A stretch of 62,399 nucleotides of DNA, the filler included, from Choristocarpus tenellus KU-1152 (Eukaryota; Protista; Phaeophyceae), in the NCBI GenBank assembly GCA_964200185.2. It is 11 parts of 11 records of this genome, joined end to end, with 100 filler letters (N's around TTAATTAATTAA, not from the genome) between each part and the next. Parts side by side here need not be neighbours in the genome. Positions count along the whole stretch, not along the records: positions 50,320 to 54,401 come from CAXNAD020016315.1; positions 54,502 to 57,527 come from CAXNAD020022849.1; positions 57,628 to 62,399 come from CAXNAD020013117.1; 8 more parts are not named here. One strand, written 5' to 3'. Numbering within the stretch: the stretch's first letter is position 1; every line of letters starts with the position of its first letter. Shown in pieces: positions 51,245 to 62,399 of this stretch. The notes below the pieces were generated by a model. The model made no database searches. It had not been told where the DNA came from and worked only from the letters and a program-made list of their open reading frames with translations. The translations under genes and the position numbers were made by a program.

Positions 51245-54200
51245 ACTTGGGCTTTTTGCTCTTCAAAGACAAAGACAGTCTGCACTCAAGCTCAAGCAAT
51301 GCCTGCACATGCCTGTCTAATAGCAAGCTCTCACCCCCCTAGTTGAATACAGGAGGAGTATATCGCTTCAAGGTGCTATATTGTTCGCTTTGGTACCTGT
51401 TTTGGACGTCCAATAAACTGTAGTATTCACTGCATTCGACCCATAAGTCTAGATGCCCATTAAACACATAATTGCGCTGACTTCTTAATTTTTCTACCCC
51501 CTAAAAGTGCCACCAGTGTGCTTATGGAAAGGTGGTAAGAAGTGGCAACATCATGAACTTGCATGAACTACGTATCAAGGATATATAATCATGCAAGGGC
51601 AAGGCAAAGGTATGTTGCCCTAGTACAAATTGGACCCGGCACAAACACAGAGGAAAACAAAGCTTCAGTGTGTTCTGACCTTGTATTTCAAGTGCGACAG
51701 ATGATCAGCAGGTCCATCTCCACAAACATTCAACTGGTTCAATAGTGCCCCATACGTGGAAAGGTTCGTGTCTTCTTCTGGATGGCAAGAGCTGAGGTCC
51801 TGTGTCCCCTGCAGGGGGCGTCAGAAGAGAGTGCGGTTATATTGCATAGGACATCAATGTCATCATGACTGATTGCACAGTGGCATGCTGTACCCACCAC
51901 CGTAAGCAATCCCATTGTAATTGGAAGATTCGTAACACCTGCATCCTGAGTAGGTCCAAGTTCGAAATTGTTTGGTGTACCAGAATTCTTGTTTTATAAA
52001 AGTTCGTACAAGTTGACTCCGAAAAATCTATCTAAACCTAGTTCTTGTTTCCTAAATTTTCGAGTCAATATCGATAGACTGTTGTTACAGAAATGTCTCT
52101 TCTTTAACATTTCCAAGAGTCCATGCGTTCTCCTTCATCACTTTTTGCCTAAGGTGATATCAACCTTGTTGCGTTTTCTTCCAACAGTGATGGCATTACG
52201 AAAGTAAATGGTCATAGTCTATATTGTACTGGGGAGTACCAAATGACACTACAACACCACCGATTTCATGAGGCTTTTTGTACAGTAGATTTCCCCGTAT
52301 GAAATTTCCGGGTAGTTATTGCTGATAAACCCCTCACTTCAATGCAACAGTTACAGCAAATAATAATAATTTTTTTAAATGCTTGCATGCCTGCTTCACT
52401 TCCGAGCCCAACATACTGAATACTACAGAGTACAATGGAATTAAAGAATGACCTACCTCTATGCATTAGGGTGCGTTCTCTCTGCTTTTATACTTCCTGC
52501 TGTGATTTTTTTTTTGTAGTGCTTATGATTATCTGGTGCAATAGGTTTTAGTAAATAATAATACTTATCCCGGATAGGCACCTCTAATGTGTGTATTGGA
52601 GTATAAATTGATGGCAGTCTGCAAAAGCATTGACAATCTCTTTTGGTGGCACGAACCAAAAAAGAAGTAATTCGAGCAAACCATCCAGCATAGGGGCAGG
52701 GGAATGAAGAGGAAGGGGGGAATCCCTGTCTTAAGAAGCACGAAGTAGGACCACCTCCAAAATCAAACTGATAGTGCACATGATTACAACATTGGAACCT
52801 CAGGTTGGGTACCAATTGCTTTATCTACTCAGTGATACAGAGGCAAGGTTCCGTAGTTTTAGGCAAGTGGCATAGAGGGAAAGGTACAAAAGAGTGCATC
52901 ATTTCAACCTTCACATTGTCACGGCCAGCCAGCAGAAAAAAAGAGCTTCCAAAACCCCCGACTAGTTCTAGAGGGCAACTTCCTGCATCCCACAAATACC
53001 ATCAAGAAAAGAGGCAAATTCCCAGCCTTTTCCCACTTGTCACATGCCTTGTGACTGTTGTCATGGGTTGGGACGGTCTTGAGGTTTTCATTTCCTCTGT
53101 CATATTCTACATGGTTGACCTCATGCACAGTGACCCTCCTTTCTTCATACAGTCCTTCAGCATCATCACAACATTCACTGCGGCCGAAAATCCAGCAGAT
53201 GAACCCTGATATTGTGATCGCCTGTAATACAAAAAAAAGGAGGGTCAAGAGGAGATAACTGTTAAAGTTTGAATTCGACCAGAGGTGCATAGACTATTTC
53301 AGAGTCATCGTAGAATGAAATATACAAGCCACCAAAGTTATTGCAAATTGCTGAATACTGGATATTTCCCCCCACCCCTGGTACACCCCAAGTAGCGGTA
53401 GGTGCTGGGGGGAGGTCGGTTGTTGACCTGTATGGAAGGAGGGACACTTGCAGTGCTTAAGAGCATCTCTACCGCTTCAACCCACTACTACCAATCTCAC
53501 TGGAAGCAGAGTTGTGAGGTCCCTCTGTTAACACCCATCCCACAATGATACTGAAGGCTTGTATCTTCTGAATGCAACAATGGTGAAACACTTAGATCTC
53601 TACTGCAAAAAAAAGTGCAACCTTTTCAGTGGGTCACCTTAAAAACCTCAAGGGCGAGATGTGCCAGACTACAATCTTGCTCCTGGTTTGTGAATAATCA
53701 ACTTAGGGCAAGATCACAGGTACCAAGAAAGGCGCAAATTAACTCAAGCAATCATCACAGTCCAAGACTCAACATTAAACCCTCAAGTCCTACGCCTCAT
53801 ACAAATGCATCATGCTCTTGCTCCCTGTTCATCAACATCCCATTTCAAGTAAAAACTGTTCAATACAAGAGGTGGGGCCAGTGCCCATACTTAAATAAAA
53901 TCATATTTTTTGCTCGTTTATATGCGTGTATAAAAATATACATTTACAGTGTGTAAATAGTCAGTGCACATGTTTTACGCTGTATAAATGCTACAAGTGC
54001 ATGAAAAACCCCTAAAATATATCACAGTTTCCAACACCTTTGGCAGGTGTATAAATGTATCATATGTGAGGTTTTGTCATGCACACATGTGGGTTAGCAT
54101 ATATCACAAATACCTTCGAGCAAATTTATTATTTCTTTGCTTTGAATCTTTCCCACCTTTTTAGCTATGGCCCTTGTTACCTGCCACAGCGCTTGAGCAA

Positions 54201-54598
54201 GTCTCGACATAGCCAGGGGAGGTATGTAGTAGATAAGGAAAGCATAGGCCAGAAGAAAGAGACATACCTTTCCAGTAAGGAACCGCAAGTCCTCTTGTAG
54301 ATGGAGCTGTGAGGGGAAGGTGCAGCGGATTAAAGAGGTGGACCCAGGTTGGGAAACGGCAGGGGGGGGGGGGGGGGGGGAGAGGAAGGAGGATACAAAA
54401 ANNNNNNNNNNNNNNNNNNNNNNNNNNNNNNNNNNNNNNNNNNNNTTAATTAATTAANNNNNNNNNNNNNNNNNNNNNNNNNNNNNNNNNNNNNNNNNNN
54501 NATATCGCCATTCTTAACCCCCCAACCCTTTGCTTCTTTATCAACTGCAATTAGTTCCTGATAGGGAGGCCCCATGTGCTTTATGAGCAACATTACAG

Positions 54599-55951
54599 GT
54601 GTTGACGATACCCACCCCCCTTATCAACTCTCCGGTGCACAATCAAGATCTGGACGAGGTAGCTCACGTGCCAACCCCACCAATGGAGAGTCCCCGGGTG
54701 TCCCAATTTCCCTTGTTGGCATGTCCACACATGGAAGCCACAAGGCCCCCCAATCCGCACTTGGAATTGAGGCTCTCAGCGGTGGCAACACCACTACAAC
54801 TGTTGGTGATGCTGATGGGTATCTGCTCCAAAATGGGGTGCGCTCAAGTCCACATTCCACAGGTACAACTGCCAGAATGAGCAGCAGCAAAGCTGGCAAT
54901 GCACAAGAGAGGGATGCCCAACGGGGTCCTTTCATTCCCTTTCTCAATCTCCCCTCATTTAGGAGCGGGGGGAGAGAATCAGGCATCAGCAGCTTCAGGG
55001 AGGGTGGACGTAGGGGTGGTTGGAAGGAAAGGGGGGTGAGACAGACTACTTCTCCTGGGCGTCCATTGGCAGGAATTGGTGGAGTACTAGTGTCTGCAGG
55101 TAGGGCCATGGTGACCGGTCATGGTCGACCTGGTACAACTTCACGGCCAGAACCAAAGAGTAGGAGAGACTTGGACTCAGACGATTGCTGCAGCAACAGC
55201 AGCTTGGAGTCAGGATCCACAGATGTTGAGTTTTTGAGGAGACGAGCAGAGGCCAAGCTGCAGGAGCTAGAGAGGAAGATGGTTGGAGGGAGCAGTGGAA
55301 GAAGAACACGGAGAGGACAAGTAGGTGAGTGTGTAAGATGGTGGGTGTGTTTGCTGCTGGAGTGTGCTATATATATGAGGAAGGATACTATATCCATCCC
55401 ATACACTGCATGGAACTTTATCCATCAAAGAAGATGAAGGGGATCATCATCCTCCCTTCATTTCCCTCACCTGTCATCCTAAATATATATTTTCTCAAGT
55501 CATGGAAATCTCATAACCTAGGTTGACCTGCAAGTAGTAAAAACCTCAGTGGCATGCTTCGTTGTGATACGAGCATGGCAAGCAAAGTGGTGAAGTGTAA
55601 CAAGAAGATCAGTTTGATAGAATCTTTACCATAGCATTGTTCATGTTGTTAATGTTGAAAGAGGGTTTTGACAAAAGTAAGTGACATCGTCCGCTCAACT
55701 TTCTCACTCTCTCATATTGGCATCAAACTTGAACAGCATCATCTGGAGGAAGCTCTAGTGATGCAACACTACCTCGGACTCGGCACCTGGACCAAATGGG
55801 GAGTCGACTAAGCAGTGCCAGAAGCGGCAGTAGCATTAGGACAGATGACAGATCCCTCCGCCACAGGATCAGGAAGGGGGGGCGACCACCAACAAATCAA
55901 AGTGAAGGGAGCATGTTAGGAGAGTCACGGTGGTCTATCCGTCATGCCTGA
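54599..55951 (+). CDS. Low-complexity G/S/R-rich protein, 3' exons (unidentified)
   Basis: Exon 54599-55324 (TACAG acceptor, G/GTGAGT donor, phase 1-1) lies within the 287-aa ORF. A plausible phase-1 terminal exon is 55737-55951. Confidence 0.55.
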
Positions 55952-57074
55952 GCTTGCTCTATTTGATGTTATCTAGAAGGATGCAATAACATGTGCCATT
56001 GGTCATATCATGTGTTAGCAGAGCTCTAAATGCTTGAAATATCATGATACAAGTAACACCTCTATGTGGCACTCTGCCTCTTGATGGTCTTCATTTGGAA
56101 TCTACAGTGCATCATGCTACCATGCAGCTCTTTTACTTTGAATATATAGTAGTAGTACTTGAGCGTTTTAAGTTTGCTCAGCTGAGATTGGCCTGGAACA
56201 ACTGGTTACTGTGTTGTTCTTAGCGGTCATTTTTTGTTGATAGTGTAAGAGTGTGTCAGTGTGATGTGCCTGCCCCTACCTGTGTGTGTTTTCAGTCTTT
56301 TAGAATAGTGGGAAAAAACGTGAAGCCATAAGCTTTGGGTATAAATACTGTAGTCTGCATTGTAGGCCATCTTTGCAGTCTGCAACTATTTTATTACTAT
56401 TGTAGTCTTGAGAAAATTGTGTGATTCTCTATCTATGCCTCATCTTTTACTTCAAAACGACTTATTTAATACCACAAGCAAAGCTAAAAAAACTGGTCAT
56501 CTGTTTAACAAAGGGGAGTTTGATGACATGGGGTAGTCTGCTACAGAGACTATACATGCACCAATAAATGTACCCCTACTATTTCATGGTCCGTGCTGTA
56601 TGGTAGCAGTTTGTACTTGTTCGAAATATAAAATTACTATGGGAAAATTTGTGGAAAAACTTCCTCTTAGGCAACCTGAAATGGCTGGCAAGTAGAATTT
56701 CTATGCAACTTCTTTTCTTAAAGATAGGCGCAGATAAAAATGAAAATCAGACAACACAAGGAAGAATTGATGCAGAGACAAGATGTAAAGTACTCCCAAC
56801 CCAGAGGCCAGTCATCTGAGGAAGAAGAACCATCGCACAGGAATATAAACTTTCTTGGAAGTATTGAAGGTGCTTGTGAAAGAGAAAATTGCTCTGAAAG
56901 TACCTGGGGATGATTTGAGAGCAAGACAAGTATTCCCATTGAATTATCTGGACACAGAGAGCAGTATGTAAGTTAGGGATCATTGCTTGAAATTTTTTTG
57001 CAAGTTAGGGATCATTACTTGAAATTTGCAGGATCTCAGTTATTGAACACAATCTAACGTGTTACACCTGTTTT

Positions 57075-57253
57075 GGGTCAAAATATCTGGGGGGGGGTGG
57101 CGGCTGTCCATTTAGGTGATATTTTTTCATGTCGTGATTTTTGGCTGATTTGGCTCCATACGTTGGATGGATAATGAAAGTGCACATTTCCTGGTTTTGG
57201 TCCAAATGGACACTCTGGTGTAGACCCCCCCTCCCCCCCAGATACTTTGGGCC
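57075..57253 (+). mobile_element. MITE family A, full copy (179 bp), 3-bp TSD TTT
   Basis: TIRs GGGTCAAAATATCTGGGGGGGG / CCCCCCCAGATACTTTGGGCC, flanked by TTT on both sides. Confidence 0.88.
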
Positions 57254-57627
57254 TTTTTGGTGCAGCAAAGCTTTCATTGAGCCCGACTTAATTCTAAGGT
57301 ATGTATGAAAATAGCGCACGTTTTCCCACATTAGAGCTGCATTTTGTGCTCGTATTTTCTTTTTATTGTCGCTTTGTATATTACATTGGACGCACCTAAG
57401 GGAAAGAACAAGTCAGTCCTACGCTGGCTTGTTAACTGGCATGTCCAACAATTTTCAGTTTTGGAACCCGCCCATCAAATTTTAGGCTCAAAGTATCTGG
57501 GGGGGGGGGTGGCGGCTGTCCATTTGGNNNNNNNNNNNNNNNNNNNNNNNNNNNNNNNNNNNNNNNNNNNNTTAATTAATTAANNNNNNNNNNNNNNNNN
57601 NNNNNNNNNNNNNNNNNNNNNNNNNNN

Positions 57628-57845
57628 CCTCGGGGGGGAGAGCTAAGGAAGCATCCCAAGAATCCGAAAGACCCCTCCGTGCCCATCTCCCTGGTGACTC
57701 CTGCTTATAACGCATGACACGTCGAGACAATGCCACTTGCGTAGTTACCGAAACAATTTGGCGTAGCCTGGATTTAACTACTCCTTTCCTGCCATATCCT
57801 CCCGCTCCTCTCCCTCATACCATGTGGGTAGCTAGCTCAAGTCAT
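57628..57845 (-). mobile_element. RLE-type non-LTR retrotransposon ORF-end fragment
   Basis: Translates ELATHMV*GRGAGGYGRKGVVKSRLRQIVSVTTQVALSRRVMRYKQESPGRWARRGLSDSWDASLALPP; homologous to 58690-58900 and 30445-30700. Confidence 0.75.
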
Positions 57846-58049
57846 AAATCGCGTTGACCAACAAGGTTTGGAACAAAATTACCCTACATCACACGAAGGA
57901 AACAAAAGAGAGAGAGAGAGAAAGATAAACGCAAGAAAAATCAGCACAAAAAAGAGGTAACACAAGGAGAAACCAGCATTCATACTATACAAGAGTACTT
58001 GTGATCCTGGTGGTTCTCGCCCTGGTTTACCACATATTTTCGTTGTCTG

Positions 58050-58330
58050 TGGCGCCAGCCAAACACTCGTATTACCTCGCTATTGACAGCTTTTTCCTTC
58101 TTTATGCTCCATTCTTCAACCAGACATCCCAAAGTTCTCAGTCTTACAGGCACATCCACACGCTAATTATTCTCCTGTCTACCTTGCTTCCGCTTCCATA
58201 TGCAAGCTCCCCAATCATGAATATATTTGGTTGTCGCCCATCCTCCGTGTGGTATCCAACTGGCCCTGCAATAGGAGGCTACGTCATTTCACAAAGTCGA
58301 CCCAATTCCTTGCTTTTTGCACATTGCTGG
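58050..58330 (-). pseudogene. Highly decayed LINE (RTE-like) ORF2 C-terminal remnant
   Basis: GRQPNIFMIGELAYG...VWMCL*D*ELW resembles the R.PK...FGEL..G...W.DCL..DL motif of RTE-like LINE C-termini; many stops. Confidence 0.4.
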
Positions 58331-58608
58331 CTCATCCATTCCACTCCTTATTGCTCTGGCTCCTCCCTAAAATGCTGTTGTGCTAGGACCCACTCCATGC
58401 CGTTTTGCAAAAAGTACTTGCCCCGTTTTCTGGCCCTCCTCGTCTTTGTGGCATAGCAACAGAAAGGATAGTAGCATTGGTGTACAATACGTGGACTTTC
58501 GAGTAATCCAAAATCCGATTTCCCTAAAAAGAGGCAACGAGACTCAAACTCTTCCAAGGAAAAGCTCCATGGCAGGGATGCTCGGTATAACCACACCGGA
58601 AATTCGAT

Positions 58609-59165
58609 GTGATAGATATCTCTCCAGAATCTATTTATTGTTTGACTACCCGCCATGCTACACCACTCAACTGCTATGCCTCCAACCTGGTTAGCCCTAC
58701 ACCACAGGGTGAGGAGCTAGGGAAGCATCCCAAGAATCTGACAGGCCCCTCCTTGCCCATCTCCCTGGTGTCTCCAACTTATAAGTCATACCACGTCTTG
58801 ATTGAGCTACTTGTGTCCGACAGATACCATCTGTCGTAATCGGGATTTGACAGCTCTCTCCCGTACCACGTGTATAGCCAACTCATCCAGAAAACTTTGT
58901 TCTGACTTACTGAGACCCCCAAAACTTTCCACCCCGGAAGCGGTGAGATTAAAACTGTGAGGGTCAAAATAACCCTCGTAGTGGGTGCGCTTTTGCGCCT
59001 CAGCTGCAGCAGCAGGTGCACTATTGATGGTGGATGAGTGGGCCAGATGGGAGGCTGCTTGCCCTTCTACAAACGTAACATTCAGGAGGAGGCATTTGTC
59101 CTGGTAGGGAGCTGATCCGGAATCCGCAAGTGCCCCAGCATGGAAGACCACATCCATACGGAAAT
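58609..59165 (-). mobile_element. 5'-truncated non-LTR retrotransposon with restriction-like endonuclease (RLE) domain remnant plus 3' UTR
   Basis: RMDVVF...LLLNVTF...AAAAEAQKRTHYEG.FD...GVESFGGL...FLDELAIHVV fits the PD-(D/E)XK RLE pattern (R.D, LDVT, K..Y, ESFG) of R2/CRE-group elements. The second acidic position reads N here. Confidence 0.75.
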
Positions 59166-59167
59166 TG

Positions 59168-59500
59168 AACTGGTTGGAGGCATAGCACGGGAGTGGTGTA
59201 GTATAGCTGGTAGTCAAATAGTAAATTGATTTTGGAGAGACATCTTTCACATTTACGACAAGTGTACTTTTACAGGGGTCCTTGTGACATTGAAGTGGTT
59301 TTCTTCCTGACACATCTACAAAATGTCAGAGGGCACATTAATATGAAATATCGAATTGGCGTTTTCCTTTTACATCTACAAAATATGGGAGGGAATCATA
59401 ATATGTCTATGTATATCTTTCACATGTACAATAACCGCTACAATTGCAAGGATCCTTATGATATTGAATTGGCGTTTTCCCTGATACATTTGTAAAATAT
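59168..59500 (+). mobile_element. 3'-UTR-only copy of the same retroelement followed by short tandem subrepeats
   Basis: 59168-59250 is an inverted copy of 58609-58692. It continues as in 30700-30870 and 60945-61085, with ATATTGAATTGGCGTTTTCC...ACATCTACAAAAT subunits. Confidence 0.65.
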
Positions 59501-59533
59501 ATATTACTATGCCTTTTGAGTGAAAGTATCTTA

Positions 59534-59758
59534 GAGGGTACGAGTTTTGCCCTGTTTGTCCATTTGAGGCTTGGCTTCCCATGTTATTTTAATTACATTT
59601 TTCTACTCCCAAATGTTTCGGAGTAGGTAAAATGTATACATTGTGAACAGGTGTGTCCAGAACATGGATATTGATACTTCCCAACAAACACGATAGCCAA
59701 AATTATATCAAAATCTCAACATTGGATTTTGGCCCCAAATGGACGCGGCTCTACCCTC
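59534..59758 (+). mobile_element. MITE family C, full copy (225 bp)
   Basis: GAGGGTA...TACCCTC termini, flanked by TATCTTA / TAAGATA, with a central hairpin stem of about 17 bp. Confidence 0.75.
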
Positions 59759-60600
59759 TAAGATAATTTGACTCTTTTGACTTTTTTTAGTTGTGCCAAG
59801 GGAAAAACTAATGAGAACTATTTACATGTCTGAAAAATCCCTAAAAAAATATCGGAGGGCATGATAATATGAAGTAGATTTGTCCTGCTCTAACTTTTGA
59901 TCGGAGTGGAGTTTTTCGTCGAAATAAAGCTTGATGTGACCCTTGAATCACTCCTAACATCACTAGACAGGTTGGAGTTGGTTATGGTGCGATGGTTGAG
60001 AGGGCGATTTTCCTCACTAAAATCAAGTTATTTAGACATCCGTCCGTCCGTCCGTCGTCCAATATATGACTTGGAGGGCTGTTTCTCCTCTCCCAGGACG
60101 ATTTTTTTCACGGAAGAAGAAGAGTTGCGATCCTCCATGTCTCATCTGTCTTTGTGCAATCCTAAACTCTTCATCGTTAATGTAGCTCCACTGTCATACC
60201 TAAAAGCTCAATAGACAGCAGTCAGCCAGCCAGCCCTCATCATCGAGCATGGCCAAGAATACATTTTACTCCGTCGCATTCGCGACCCCTCTTTGATTTC
60301 TTGTTCCACAGTGTTTGACTGGTCCACTCGATCAAGAGCGAGTCCCCCTCTCGACATACTGCAATCACTAGCGCGTACGCTTTGCCCAACATCAGCCTTC
60401 GACTTCTGTGAAACTTGAAGACGGGAGGTAGAGAACACACCATGATACCCAGCATGTCCTTCAACAGAGGGGCTTCCGCAGCCATTGTGCCGAGCTCTGC
60501 GTAGACAATCTACGCTGTAGTGAGCTGTTTGCGAAGGTTAAGGTCTAAAAGCCTCGCACAGTATATTGTTAACAGTCACCTTTATGATAGCATGACAGAT

Positions 60601-60905
60601 CTTAATTTAATTTCGAGGTGATGTAAGGCGACCTGATTGGAGATCAGCATATCAAATTTAAGCTGAGATCATACGCAATCGATTGGCACAAAGAAATCCG
60701 GACGCAAAAAAAAACATCTTGATATGATTTTCAGCGATTTTCATTTTTTTGGCAATTCAACCCAACCTTTCGGCATTTCCTACCTCAACACAAAGTAATT
60801 TGCGCCCGGATTTCTTTGCGGCAATCGACAGTATTTCTTCTCAGCTTAAATTTGATATGCTGATCACCGATCAGGACGCCTTACATCACCTTGAAATTAA
60901 TTAAG
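60601..60905. mobile_element. Foldback/MITE-like element with ~105-bp inverted arms
   Basis: 60601-60708 and 60799-60905 are near-perfect reverse complements (…AGGTGATGTAAGGCG.CCTGAT.GG.GATCAGCATATCAAATTTAAGCTGAGA…) around a ~90-bp spacer. Confidence 0.85.
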
Positions 60906-62399
60906 GCCGGTCTTCTTTCTAGAGGCGACTACCAACACCATATAATAGGTGGTACTCAAACTCAAATAATTAGTTTTTGGAGAGATAGCTTTCACATTTT
61001 GTGACAACTCTTACTTTTACAGGGGTTCTTGTGATATTGGTTTGACTTTTTCTGTGACATACATGCAAAATCTCAAAGGACATAACAGTGCAAATAGTAG
61101 TATACTTAGTATTTTGTTTGTGCCTGTGAATCCAGTATTTTCTGGAAAACATAACCTCTTTTTACTGTTTTTGCGATCTAAGTTGTTTCAAGGGCAATTT
61201 ATTTCTATCTATAATATCATAGTAGTTTAAAGTTAAAAAATGTTGTATCATATAACTCTATTCCAAGACCTTAAAAAAATAAGTTACACTGCAACTATGA
61301 AGTACATACTGATTACAATTTCTCAAACAGTAAATATGTTTTAGAGAGGAGTCAATTTTATCATCAAATTACAGGGATTACACTGCATTTACATGGTGAC
61401 TTGAGCCTGCCAATTCATGACTGTCCACACGCATACTTATTTCCACTCGCGCTGGTTAGAGAGTTGGTAGCGATGCATACCCTTAGCCGCCTATCACATG
61501 CATGCTTTGGACATGTAGTTGGTTCCGCCCCAGTCAAACAGTGTGTACGTTGCGATAGGACAGGTAATTTTTGTGGTGAAGAGTGTGAACTTCCTTTCTT
61601 TCTGTAATAGCGTGATTAGTGTCACAGGTGATTAGTGTGTGAATTTGCTTCTTGCGGTCTAACTGGTGCAAACAGGAAATGTACATGTGGACAGTCCCAA
61701 ATGAGAAATTTCCAGTCTCTATAGTTGCAGCGTAAACTCTAAAACTTGAGAATAGTTCACCAGTTTTCAGCTCTATTAAGGCTTCTAAAAAACTTTACTT
61801 TTCATGTTACAATCGAGGTTCTCGCCATACCTCCATTGTAGTATCTCTTTAAGTCATACACTTAACTTGAGAGAAATGATACCTTTTATCTAACAGCCTG
61901 ACAATCATACACTTTCATTGGTTATCAGGCATTAATAGATCATGAGGCGCTGTTTTCGAGGCTCATCATCTGGCTTAGGCGTGTGGATTGGAGTTACCTA
62001 TCCCATGAAGGTAAGTAGCTGAGAGCTGGGGCTACTAACCCAACTACACTTCTATGTGTGTGAACACAGCGTTTGTAACATGAACAAAAAACACAAACTA
62101 ACCACGAAGAAAAGACACTTTTCTGGGACACTCCAGACACATCATAAACATAGATCAGCCAACTATCCACAAATACACGCTAGAGGGAGCGAACAAAATA
62201 AAATTATTACTGGAATTTAGACTCAGTACTAGCGGCGCATTTGAAAGCTCCACATAAGTGTAACTGTTTTGGTGTAACTGCCAGAGATACGGCGAGGAGA
62301 TCAAAAGAGGCATCATGCCTCGAGGACATTCTATCATTCTTCTCACTGAGCTCGAGGGTCAAAGTATCTGGGGGGGGGGGGTGGTTTGTGAGGGGATCG

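Noticed and set aside
51500-53290. Coding-like stretches on the minus strand (e.g. AITISGFICWIFGRSECC...)
   Set aside because: No consistent exon chain or family could be established by eye.
59897-60485. Short ORFs upstream of the foldback element
   Set aside because: Stops occur in all plausible frames and no domain is recognisable.

Overview
This is not a prokaryotic window. It is 11 short, probably unrelated contigs of an intron-rich, repeat-rich eukaryotic genome, joined by artificial 100-nt linkers (N44-TTAATTAATTAA-N44). The contigs are 1-8083, 8184-13651, 13752-17889, 17990-22235, 22336-29091, 29192-38776, 38877-42155, 42256-50219, 50320-54401, 54502-57527 and 57628-62399. An aureochrome-type LOV domain and TTAGGG repeats suggest a photosynthetic stramenopile, possibly a brown alga (inference). 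Spliced genes reconstructed by hand with phase-consistent splice sites: the 5' part of xylulokinase (5 exons, one GC-AG intron), the 3' part of NOC4, the 3' part of an aureochrome-like LOV protein with a long S/T-rich tail, the 3' part of URB2, and a complete DOMON plus copper type II monooxygenase (DBH/MOXD1-like) with a mucin-like stalk and membrane anchor. Several unidentified exons are also present. Mobile and repeat content: a ~179-bp MITE family with poly-G TIRs and 3-bp TSDs (about 9 copies, often at contig breaks), a sister MITE with the same termini, a ~225-bp MITE whose central hairpin loop is flipped between copies, a 305-bp foldback element, a decayed plant/oomycete-type mariner transposase, RLE-type non-LTR retrotransposon 3' ends (two joined back-to-back), several minisatellites, and a dense, strand-biased cluster of short TTAGGG insertions in and around the NOC4 gene. 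I found no rRNA, tRNA, CRISPR array or operon-like system. Most short ORFs in the supplied track are spurious. No clearly novel multi-gene system can be supported, and gene neighbourhoods across linkers carry no information.
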